The notes under the pieces are model-generated. The model worked only from the letters and a program-made list of their open reading frames with translations. It was not told the origin of the DNA and did no database searches. A program made the translations under genes and the position numbers. A stretch of DNA of 64,000 bases from Paraspadella gotoi (taxonomy: Eukaryota; Animalia; Chaetognatha). The stretch covers positions 9,745,907 to 9,809,906 of the forward strand of contig CM119264.1 in assembly GCA_051294375.1 (NCBI GenBank), written 5' to 3'. This document shows, one piece after another, positions 25,118 through 37,094 of the stretch (positions are counted from its first letter, which is position 1; each line of letters starts with the position of its first letter).

Positions 25118-25992
25118 AAGGAGAGAGAAAGAGAGACGCGCTTCAGTAACCGAAACTTACGTCTCGGTCCGTAAGAGGCGACTGGCGCCACGGCACTTTT
25201 GGCGCCATCATTACTCAAAAGTTTGTAATCCAAAGGGGACACCAATGTCAAAGACGACGACGATGACGACGAAGACGAAGAAAACAAGGGAGAAGAAAAA
25301 GGAGGGAAAGAACCGGGACTTCGCCTTGAGTTTAAAACATAGAAAGTTTGAAACGACGACGAAGACGACGACGATACCATTGAAAAAAAAATATACTCGT
25401 AAGTGTGGAATATCTTAGACATTGAGTAATTAGTAACTGAGAAACGAATGAATAAAATAAATATATAGTAACTATTTAATACAAAACTACTACCAACTTG
25501 TGAAGAAAAAAGAAAGAAAAAGAATTCACCCGCAATCTTTCTCCGTCGACGAAACAACTCCCAATTATTCCGACTCATTTCGAATCCTTCTTTTGTTCAA
25601 ATGCAATTTCGCGCTAATTTTCATTCGATGTTTTCGTCGCCGCATTCGTCCACCGTGTCGTTGATATCGTCGTCGTCGTCGTCGTCATCGTCGTCGTCTC
25701 CATCGCCCAAAACTCAACGCCCTCCACGCGTGTTTTCTTCCGCCCAAAAATATGCCGCCTTTTTTTTTCGAATCTCGACGACGCACGTCCACTTGAAGGA
25801 GAAACTTTTAATTAAGGCGAGTTGGTACAAAACATTTTCGCCAAACAAAAGTCGAGAGTTTAATTTTTTTCTGCAAATTATAAAAAAAGCCCGCTTGATT
25901 TGCATTTAGATTTGATGTCGCGTGTGAAAAGCGAAGAACGTAAAAAAGGGTTAAACCGATATTGTATATTGTATTATAAATCACTCTCCTAG

Positions 25993-26376
25993 AGTTACGA
26001 AGACACCCTTACATCCTTACCGAACTCACCTCCATTCTATCTCAACACCAACTGACAGAAAAGTAAGTCGCCCTAGTTTCCGCACGATTGACGATGAAGC
26101 AGAAAATTTCCATCAAACATTTTTCGGCCGTCGTGGTAATTTTTGGATTTTCTCCTTGACAGGAAGTTTACACCCGAGGCCGCCTCCTGCCCCAAGACAA
26201 CGACGTCCAACCTCACCGCCCTCACCGAGGACCTGACGGCGCAGCCCTTGAAGGCGCAGCCCTTGCAGGCGCAGCCTTTGCAGGCGCAGCCTTTGCAGGC
26301 GCAGCCATTGCACTTTACTCGACGTCAACGTCAACGGAATTTAGCCAAAAATTCAACAACAAAAATTGATGCTTGA
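25993..26376 (+). CDS. Putative small-protein 3' exons (25993-26062, 26163-26376) with an (AQPLQ)x5 repeat; mirrored at ~42808-43190 on minus
   Basis: cctag|..LRRHPYILTELTSILSQHQLTE-AA|gtaagt joins ttgacag|G in phase to KKFTPEAASCPKTTTSNLTALTEDLT-AQPLK-AQPLQ-AQPLQ-AQPLQ-AQPLH-FTRRQRQRN..*. No recognisable domain. Confidence 0.4.
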
Positions 26377-27989
26377 AGAAATGATGAGTTAGTGAATCTG
26401 TATAATGGTGTTCAGATAAGTAGAGTTAACCGCCTGTTAAATGGTGATTAAGACTGACATTCCCCTAGTGGCAGTCACGCGACAGTCACGTGCAGGGAAT
26501 GGCGTCGACCAGATGCGACGATGACTGACGTGAAAAGCCGTCGCAAAAATCAGGCGAAGAATTCGAGCGAAAATAAAATTCGTCGCTGATTCGCCGACGA
26601 CGACGACGATGACGATGACGATGACGATGACAACGACGACGAATATCACGTACGTGTGCTGCCATCAACGAAGATTACGAACAGGAAAATGAAGTCGAAG
26701 AATACGATGGAGATTAAACGATGATGACAATGATGTTGTGATAATATAAGAAAGGACGAATAATGATAACAATGATGACGATGACGACGACGACGACAAC
26801 GACGACGACAATCTCCCAGCCGCCTCCGTCGATTTCCATCCACTGGGATCAGAAGGCGTCAACAAGGGGAATTTCAAGCGTAAAAAAAAAATTAAAAGAA
26901 TAAAATTTGAAAAAAAATTTAAACTAAATAAAAAAAATTCGTAAACAAAACTAGTAGAATTAAGAAATGATCTTTCGAGAATCGTTGTATGCACGAAAGT
27001 ATTTTTTTATGTTTAGTTTCCCACAAACTGCAAATTGACGAAATAAAAAAAATGTTCAAACAATGGCGAATTTCAACTCGTAAAAAAAATTGAAAGAACT
27101 ACGCCTTTGGCATACTGATTGTTTCATTGTTTTTAGCCATAGCGAGGCTTTTACTTTTTTATTTCGTCATTGCGTCAAAACAAGACCTAAACATTGGACG
27201 TACTTATTTTTTTTTTCGTTCTCGTCAGAATCTGGTCTACCGTCGCGTGCATAAGTTTTCTTGGGTGAAAAACGGGAAAAAGTTCGATGAGGGTCGAAGT
27301 TAATGTCTTTTGTTATTAGAGTGAGTGACATCTAGCGGGGGAATGGGAAAGTGTCGGGAAGCATGTGGAGATAGGTGGTTGCTATCGGAAAAAAATAGAT
27401 GGGGTTATAGGTAAGTACTGTCCATCTGGGGGAAAGTAAATTGGGAGGGTTTGTATTTAAGAAGATCAACAACATATCGAAAATGATATCACGATGTCAT
27501 CATTATAAAATCTTTACCGAGTTGGTTCGTTGGCACAAGTTGGTATAAGTCGCGAGGTGGGTCGGAAGATTGGTAGTCGAGAGCGAGTGAGAATAACAGG
27601 CGGGTGGCGCCGAAAGAAACGCCGTCTGAATTTCCTATCGAAAATTTTTGAAGAATAAAATTCTTCAATTTTTTTAGGGTGAGATACGAAGCGACAGAAA
27701 TGGAAGTAGAGAGAAGAATTAGGGAAATAAATTTCGAACGGATGAGGGAGGTAACAATTTTTGCGTGAGCGTTTTGGCATTGAAAAATGAAAAATTGTCT
27801 TTATTCAAGGAAAACTTGCTTTGCGATAGAAAAAAAGGTTTTTACGTAAATAAAAAAAATGATGTCGAAATATTAAAAATAGTTTTGGCGAGAAAAAATC
27901 GGTTAAGAAATTGATTAAGAAAAAGAATTTGTTATATTTATGAAATTAGTAACAATTTATCACAAAATATTAGAATTAAAGATAGAAAA

Positions 27990-29222
27990 TCTTAAAAGCA
28001 ATAGTGATCGAGCCTGCTTTTGATGATAACCAAATATTGATGCGATGATAACCGAAGGATTGATGCGATGATAACCAAATGATGGATGCGATGATAATCA
28101 TTCATTATGCAATGATAATCATTCATTGATGTATGATAGTACTTCATTGATAGGATGATAATCATTCATTGATGCGATGATAGTCATTCATTGATGCGAT
28201 GCTAGTCATTCATTGACGCTATGAGTTAATTAGAGAGAGAGAAAGAGAGAGAGAGAGAAGAGAGAGAAGAGAGAGAGAGAGAGAGCGACAGAGAGTTGAT
28301 TGAGAGAGAATATATAGAGAGAATAATAAAATAATAATAAAAGTTTTTAGAAGGAAAAAATAAAAATCCACAAAATCTCGGAAATAAATTTGGGTTTTGT
28401 ATTAAGAAAAAGTGGCGTGATAAAAATAAAATTGTTTATTAGAGTGTGATTAAGCATCAATTAACTTTCTATTTTTTTTTTCAATTGAAATAAGACTGAA
28501 GTCTTTTGTTCATCTAGTTCAAAATGAGGTTGAAACCTTATTTTTTTTGCATATTATTGAAAATGAATGAGATTGATATTGATTGTATGAAAAGAAACCT
28601 TGTCGCTATAAAGCAAACTATTTTCAATAAGAACGGTCAAAAATTATAATCTCTATTAACAAAAATATATAGTGACAATAATCATTAACGACTATGATAT
28701 TTTTGACTTCCAAATATTGTTTTTACTTATTCAAATAAATTTTATTTCCTCATCTTAAAAAATTTTAATCTTGAATGAAATTTTTGATTATTACATTTTT
28801 ATATTATATTTATTTATATTAATCCGCGCAATTGCCGGATATATAGCAGGTATCGCCTACCTGTCACACAAGTTGAGTATACATGTGACATTGCCTATTT
28901 TATAAGTTATTCTTCCCTTTTTCTAAAATAAATCCACGAAAATCTCGGATGTAAATTTGGGATTTTGTATTGAGAAAAAAATAAATGGCGATAATAAAAG
29001 TTTTTAGAAGGAAAAAAATAATAAGAATTTTTCAAAAAAAGAACGATCGTACCGAGAGAGAGAGACAGAAAGACAGAGAGAGAGAGAGAAAGAAAGAGAG
29101 AGAGAGAGAGAAAGAAGCTGAACAGACGCTGCAGAGCCGGAACTCGTTTACTCGTTTACTCATTGCCTAGTGACGGTGGTGAAAAAAAAAAAAATAACTA
29201 TAAAAATTTTTTTTGTAAAAAA

Positions 29223-29269
<47 letters not shown>

Positions 29270-30165
29270 AGGAGAGAGAGAAGAGAGAGAAAATAGAGAG
29301 AGAGAGAGAGATAGAGAGAAAGAGAGAGAGAGAGAGAGAGCCAGAACTCGTTTTTAAACGATTCAGAAAAGGCAGCGCCTGATCAATATATAATTTTTTT
29401 TAGAAAGAAAAAAATAATCAGAATTTTTCAAAAAAGAACGATACGCAAGAGATGTACAGAGAGAGACTGAGAGAAACCTGACTCGTTTTTTAACGATTCA
29501 GAAAAGGCAGCGCCTAAAAAAAATATATATATAATTAAAAAATAAATAAAAGAAAGGCAAAAAATGTTACAATGGTTTACAGTTGAAATTTTTCCAATTT
29601 TTTCCAATCGCAGCTTGTAAAAGATTATATTTTTATTTGTATTAAAATTAAGATATAGCTTCTCATTAAAAATTTTTTTTGAGTTCCCATTTTTATTATA
29701 GATTTAAAAAAAAAAAATTTGAATTTCATCTTCAATATTATATACTGCAATATGTAATTATATTAAAGCATTTCTATATACTAATTTGGATATTATAATG
29801 AGTACTATAATATCATTTGCATATTGCAGTAAATCATAATGAAGTGGAAATTCAAACAAAAAAATACTTAAATCCAAATGTAATAAGAAAATATCAAAGT
29901 ATTTCAAGATGAGAAGCCATATCTAAATTTTTATACTTACTATGATCGCACACTTTTGTAAACTTTAATCATAATTCATCATAATTTTTATTTTAAAAAA
30001 AACGGTAAGTCACAGCCAAACTTAAAAGCGTAGTAGTTTTTATATAAAAACAGCGTGATGGACGACGACGACGACGACGACGACGGACACGACGTCACAA
30101 AGAAGCAATCGTAAAACATTATAGAGCCTGAACCGGCTTCGCCGGTCATGGCTCGGATTAAAAAA
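27990..30165. mobile_element. ~2.2-kb insertion present only in the left palindrome arm; HINE/Helentron-like with internal minisatellites
   Basis: The right arm jumps directly from the mirror of 30165 to the mirror of 27990 at ~41175. The insert ends in (GAC)n plus atagagcctgaaccggcttcgccggtcatggctcggattaaaaa (hairpin), begins with gatcgagcctg, and contains a ~22-bp repeat (gatgcgatgataatcattcatt, 28020-28220) and internal duplications. Confidence 0.6.
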
Positions 30166-30207
30166 ATATAAACGAAAGTCGTCAGTTGATTATCTCAGTT
30201 TTGAGCC

Positions 30208-33200
30208 TCATTCTTCACAATTCTGCATGAGGTTCTTAAAATCGCAGGACTCAAAGTAACTCTCCGCCATCAACGCCTCCCACCGTCGCAGAGTCCTCGA
30301 ATAATCGGCCCCGGTTTGTCCGCTGCAACCGACTGTCGGTTCAGTTAATCTCACCTTCAAGGCCGAAGTCATGACGACCTCGGATTCGACGTCGCGATCT
30401 CGACATAATCCGCACAAGGATCGAAAGAGTCGCCTGCAGCCGCTCGTCAAGAAGCTGAGGACCGAAAAAGGCTGCGGGAACGCGGATCTGTTAAAGTATT
30501 CGAAGATGAACGAGTGTCGGTTGAAGCACCAAATCTTCCTCGAGTCCTCTTGGATGTCGGCGAAAGTGTAGCTGAAGATGGCGATGAGAAGATTGAGCAG
30601 CAAGATGCTGGCTACCATCATGTAGAGACCCTGCATTCCAGGCAGGATGACGTGCTTGGCCAAGAGGGCGAATCCTCGATCCTCCCACTCGTGAATCTCC
30701 AAGTCTTCGTAGAACTCGAGGTGCGTTTCGCCGAAAAGGCTCCAGTAGGGGCGGAAGAGAAGATGGATGGCTTCGTAAGTCGAAGTGGAATTATCTTCCC
30801 CGTGCTTCAAGCGAATCGGCCAAAGAATGGCGAAGGAAGACAATGAATAAGAAGACACAAAGACGCACAGGATCGCCAGAAAGTAAAGAAGATCTCCGAC
30901 CATTCTCTTTATCATCACCAATTTTGGACCGATGATCGGGGTGGCGGAGAATATCTGCAGCAAACGAACGTGATAAAACGAAAAGCAAAACGCAAACGAT
31001 GTTTTGACGGATATCGGACTATCGAAATTTTTCGGCCCTTGTACGAGTCCGTAGAATCTGGCAATCAGGGTCGCGGTCATGTGAAGAATCAGGAACAAAT
31101 CCACCGGGTTCCACATGTTGGAAAAGTGGGAGAAAAAACGTTCTTTGAAACTCGCTTCGGAGATGCAATGCTGAAACTGGTAGATCTCTTGGCAGACGAG
31201 GGCCAGGAAAAAAGAAATGACAGTCCATTCAAAGCAGCCAGGATTTGAATAGACCATTTGATTTAACGGCGTCATGAGGAAAAAACCAAAAGCGATCAAG
31301 AAAACAGAGTAGGTAACGAGACCGGTGTAAAACTTGACAATGGGAGACGTGTAAAAGCGGCGGATCGATTCGAACGAAGTCTCGTATTTGGACTCGTACT
31401 TTGTGGCCAGCCCCATCTCGCTCAACTTTTTGTTTACCTTGATGCTTACGTTTTTTGGAATTAAATCGTCTCGTGGAAAGTTGAACTGATTAACTTTGCA
31501 AGCAAAAAACTTTGGTATGAGAAACGGAAAGACAATTCCAGCGTAGATTTTTAAAAAGTTTGTATTTTTTGGGACGCATCGGTTCCATATGCAGTCGAGA
31601 AGATCCTGGCAAGCTTGGTGACTGAAAAAATGCAAACACTCTCCTTTCAATGCGAGCTGCATGACAGAATTCCCGCCGACAAGGCTTATCTCTTGCACTA
31701 GTAAATACATTGTGCGTAACCTTGACTCATGGTAGCAGAGAGTAAGAATTTCATAAGCGATAGCTTCAAATTGTTCAATGGCTGAAGTAATTTTGGCATA
31801 ATTCCTAATGTTGCTCTTGGATCTTGAGCATTTAAGTTGGACGCAAGCATATAGACAAGAAGCCATGGGATACTTCATACCTTTTAACAAGTGAAGTCCC
31901 AAAGCTATGTTATGCTTCTTGATAAAACGATCAAAGAAGTAAAAATACGCAAATCTCGATTGCATATTCATTGAACTTTTCATTCTGTACCGCGCCTGAT
32001 TTCGTCGGATTATGCTCTCTTTCTGATCGCTCGAAACCATTTCCTTCAACTTGATGTTCAGTGATTCCTTAAAAAGCTTGATAAAGGGTAAACATTCTTT
32101 TTCAAAGGCCATGAGACTTAAATTAAGTCGAAATTCCTTCTTGAATTCCAGTCTGTTTTGTTGAGCCTGCTTCAGAATTCTTTTGGCAACGTCTAAGCGA
32201 TTCCACTGAAAAGCCAAAGTAAGGTTGCTCTCGTAGGCAGAGACGCAACAAGCGGATTCTTTGAGAGTTTTATCCAAGAGCGCTTGCAAGATATTTCTGT
32301 GCAAGGAGTCCATTGAATTCTCATTGTTTTTCTGGCCCAGCTTTATGGACATGTCGTAAATGTGTAGATTTTGCGAGGCTTTTAGACAGCGCACCAAATC
32401 ATCAGTAACCATTTTTTTGGCTCTGCTGGGAAAATCTTCCTCGATGCAATGGACTATAAATTCGTCCTTGACCACGTCTTCCGGATCGGAATAAATTGGG
32501 TCGTCTCGCTTCTTTTTGTTTTTCCCGTCTTCCTGCCTCATCATCCACGTTGCTTTGGCCAGAAGATCGGCGGCTCGGCCCGTTCCCTTGATGGCAACGG
32601 TAGGGATCTTCCTTTCCAGACTTTCCCTCACGGTCTTCAACGAGCCTTCACCGCCATTCATGACGATCTGGACGGCGGGGATCTTGTGGCATCCTTCCTC
32701 ATCGGTGCTGAGATACTTTTCCAGCTGCGATCGGAAAAGAATCTCGGCGCCGTACTTTCCTTCGGTTCCATCGTCGATGAGGAGGAAGTGGGTGTGGTCC
32801 ATGTCGAGATCGGCGCCCGGCGTTGGAACTCCAGGCGAAGACTTTTCGATCCGATAGACGGCGGGATCGTCTCTCGATCGATTTCGGTTGAAGAGACTCT
32901 CCATGTCGCGGACGATGCCCCAGGTGGCGATGCCGATGCAACCCAGAGGAGCGTTGTCGCTCGGACCAATCACCTGCGTTGAGCGAAAGTTCTTGACGGC
33001 TTTTCCGACCAGGCGCATGACGCCGGTGGAGGTCCCCCCGCTGAGGATCCAAGTGTCTGGGGTGTGCTTGAGGAGGCGATTGATGCATTTGATGAATTCT
33101 TCTTCGATGTGGTGATTTAAGTCGATAAGCTTTGCTCCTTAAAATATAAAGTTTAAATTAAACTTTAAAATATTTTTATATATGAAATTGTTACAACCAA

Positions 33201-34078
33201 TATAAAAATTATCCATTCATTTAATGAATAAGCTATCTTGCCCATAACTTTGGTGAAAACTTTACCTCCAGTGATTGAAAGAATGAACTGCGGTTCGTTC
33301 AAACCCCACTCCTTAATCAAGAGATCCTCCACGCTCTTCAACTGACTCAGGGTCTTCGAACTCAGTTTAGTCTCTTCGTTGAAATCTTCGATCGCGATGC
33401 GCGCGAACTTTTGTTCGTTGAAAAACTGTTTGCGGTTGACGCCATCGATGCAAAACTGAGAGAGGAGGAATTTGAGAAAGTTTGACGGCAATGTTTGGAG
33501 GAAAACCAAAAGCCAATAAGGTTCTTACATTTTAAATTATTAAAAGATAGAAAATCCGTTTCTATTTATTGTTTCAACTGAAAAATAATCTATTGACAAC
33601 AAAAACGATTGGTTATATTATCACCCTAGTATTAAAAAAAAAGGATAGACATACTTGAATTGTCCGTCAGTGGGCTCGAGTTTTGTGCACAACTCCCTCG
33701 TCCAGAGGAACGAGAGTCGTTGATGGCTTCGATGCTGTGTTCGGTCCATCTCGCCCGCATTGGCACAAGTCGGCGTCCCTTCGGCCAAAGTGTAAAAGTC
33801 GTTAATTATATCAAGGCGTCCTAATTCGGCCACTTCGCAAAGAAATTATTATCTCAATTTGATTTAAACATATGACATATTATGTTAAATTGGGAATCAT
33901 CATACGTAACTCTTTTGAATACCTCAAAGCCTCACCTTTCGGTGCCGCAGTAGGCGGCGCAGACTCGTTTTTTAAAGTTCGATTCACAGAATTTCGACGT
34001 AGAAAAAGCGGATGAAGTTTTAACTTGAACCAAATGGTCATCGGGCAATTGCGTTTTTTTGATCGAGAATTGAAACAT
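30208..34078 (-). CDS. TRPM: TRPM-family cation channel, ~1130 aa, 4 coding exons (34078-33936, ~33778-33655 with indels, 33455-33266, 33137-30208)
   Basis: FKKRVC..CQCGR..PTD(AF)GQ, W.LNEPQFILSITGGAK, WILSGGTSTGVMRLVGKAV, IGIATWG, LDMDHTHFLLIDDGTEGKYGAEILFRSQLE, LAFQWNRLDVAK, FFSHQACQDLLDCIW, FYTSPIVKF, six TM segments, GPKLVMIKRM..DL, pore RPYWSLFGE, LLLNLLIAIFSYTF and TRP box IWCFNRH. Confidence 0.95.
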
Positions 34079-34739
34079 TTTTTAGAAAAACGAATTCAAA
34101 ATGCCTCACTTAAATGCCGCAATGATCACAATGAAATCATAAATTTCTATATATTCGTGAGAAATCGGACATTTTGAAGAAAAAAAAAGTTGCTGATTTG
34201 GCGTGATAAGCCTTCTTCCGAACACTCGTAATTTCAGAGTGGAGACGCTGACAAGAGAAGATAATAAAAAAAATAATAATATTCTTGGTTTTGTCCCAAA
34301 TAAAAATTACTTCTACATACAAATGCTCCTGGAACAAAGCTGTTATTATTAAATATCAATCAAAGAAAAATGAATTGTTTTTATCGAAAAATCTTATTTC
34401 AATGCATAACATGCTGAATTTATATTTTTCACATTCGGCAAAACTGTTATAAATGACAAAATTAAACGAGATAGTAAAACTTTGATCTACTCAATTGATA
34501 AGATAAGATTTTCTGCGTAGAAATCTTGAGACGACTTTCCTCGCCTCTTCTAAACCTTTTCCATTTACACTTTTGAAGATTGGTTAAGTTTATGTTAATT
34601 AAATTTTTGTTGTCAGGATTATGAGTGGCTTAAAAATAAAATAAAAACGTTTCTTCATGTGACTTTGATAAAGTATTTTTCCTCCATTTCACTGGGGTTC
34701 TCGGATTCATGCAAGTGCCCTATTTTATGAACTCGACTC

Positions 34740-34839
<100 letters not shown>

Positions 34840-35164
34840 TCTCTTCTCTCTCTGTCTCTTTTCTCTCTGTGTGTGTGTCTCTTTCTCTCTCTCTTTTTTT
34901 TTCTCTCTCTTCTCTCTCTCTCTCTCTCCCTCTCTCTCTGTTTGCATTATCTGAAATACAATTCTCTTCATTTCAATTATTATTCGTTCCTCTCCTTTTC
35001 TGCAACCCCTGGTATTTTTAACGAGACAAATATTCTTTACAATAATTTTTTTTTAAATTTAAAAATAAGATCGTTATGACGTGATTGTCCTCGATTTAAG
35101 GCCGCGCCTCACTGCTAATTAGATAATTTTTCTTTTGGAAGCCTTTGAGAGCGAGAGATATCGC

Positions 35165-35210
<46 letters not shown>

Positions 35211-35390
35211 CGAGGGAAAGGAAGCGAGGCCAGGGTTGGAAAGATAACATTTTAATCTATTTTCGAATTAGCGAAACTGAATTTCAGACGTCGCGTCACG
35301 GATTGCTCCGGACCTTTGGATTTCTAAGAAAAAAGGTTTATGAGTATTGAATTTTATGCTAATATGTAAGTTATTTTCTTATTCCTTCTT

Positions 35391-35724
35391 TCAGGAGAAA
35401 GAAGGAAGGAATAAAGAAAAAAAGAAAGAAAAAAAAGAAAGAAAGAAAGAAAGAAAGATAAAAGGAAAAAAAAGAAAGAAGAAAGTAAGAAAGATAGAAA
35501 GAAAAAAAGAAAGAAAAAAGAAAGAAATAAAGAAGGAAAGAAAGAAAGAAAGAAAGAAAGAAGAAAGAAAGAAAGAAAGAAAAAAGAAAGAAATAAAGAA
35601 AGAAAGAAAGAAGAAGAAAGAAAGAAAGAAAGAAAGAAGAAAGAAAGAAAGAAAGAAAGAAGAAGAAGAAAAAAAAAGAAGAAAGAAAGAAAAGAGAAAA
35701 ATAATAAAAGAAAAAAAATAAAAT
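35391..35724. repeat. (GAAA/GAA)-rich polypurine tract at the palindrome axis
   Basis: Almost exclusively A/G for ~330 bp, flanked by mirrored unique sequence and (GA)n/(TC)n tracts. Confidence 0.9.
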
Positions 35725-35906
35725 AAGAAGAAGGAATAAAGAAAATAATTACATATTAGCATAAATTCAATACTCTAAACCTTTTTCTTAGCAATCCAAA
35801 GGTCCGGACAATCCGTGACGCGACGTCTGAAATTCAGTTTCGGCTAATTCGAAAATAGATTAAAATGTTATCTTTCCAACCTGGCCTCGCCCCCTTTCCC
35901 TCGCCT

Positions 35907-35943
<37 letters not shown>

Positions 35944-36352
35944 TCTCTCTCTCATCTCTCTCTCTCTCTCGCGCTATCTCTCGCTCTCAAAGGCTTCCAA
36001 AAGAAAAATTATCTAAATTAGCAGTGAGGCGGCGGCCTTAAATCAGGACAATCACGTATAACGATCTTATTTTTAAATTTAAAAAAAAAATTATTGTAAA
36101 GAATATTTGTCTCGTAAAAATACCCAGGGTTGCAGAAAAGGAGAGGAACGAATAATAATTGGAAATGAGAGAATTGTATTTCAGATAATGCAAACGAGAA
36201 GGAGAGAGAGAGAGAGAGAGCAGAGAGAGAGAGAGAGAGAAGAGAGAAGAAAGAGAGAGAGACACACACACAGAGAGAAAGAGAGACACACACACAGAGA
36301 GAAAGAGACACACAGAGAAGAGAAGAGATAAGAGAAAGGAAAAAGAGGAGAG

Positions 36353-36409
<57 letters not shown>

Positions 36410-37094
36410 CAGAGAGAGGAGAGTTTGTGAGTCGAGTTCATAAAATTAGGGCACTTGCATGAATCCGAGAACCCCAGTGAAATGGAGGAAAAATACTTTA
36501 TCAAAGTCACATGAAGAAACGTTTTTATTTTATTTTTAAGCCACTCATAATCCTGACAACAAAAATTTAATTAACATAAATTAACCAATCTTCCAAAGTG
36601 TAAATTTAAAAGTTTAGAGAGGCGAGGAAAGTCGTCTCAAGATTTCTACGCAGAAATCTTATCTTATCAATTGAGTAGATCAATGTTTTACTATCTCGTT
36701 AATTTTTGTCTTTTACAACAGTTTTGCCGAATGTTGAAAATATAAATTCAGCATGTTATGCCATTGAAATAAGATTTTCGATAAAAACAATCATTTTTCT
36801 TTGATTGATTATTTAATATAACAAGCTTTTTGTTCCAGGAGCATTTGGTATGTACCTATACCTAGTTATTTATATTTGGGACAAAACCAAGAAAATTATT
36901 ATTTTTTTTTTTTATTATCTCTCTTGTCAGCGTCTCCACTCTTAAATTACGAGTGTTCGGAAGAAGCTTATCACGCCAAATCAGCAACTTTTTTTTCAAA
37001 GTGTTCGATTTCTCACGAATATATATATAATTTATGATTTCATTGTGACCATGACGTTATTTGAGTGAGGCATTTTAATTCGTTTTTCTCAAAA

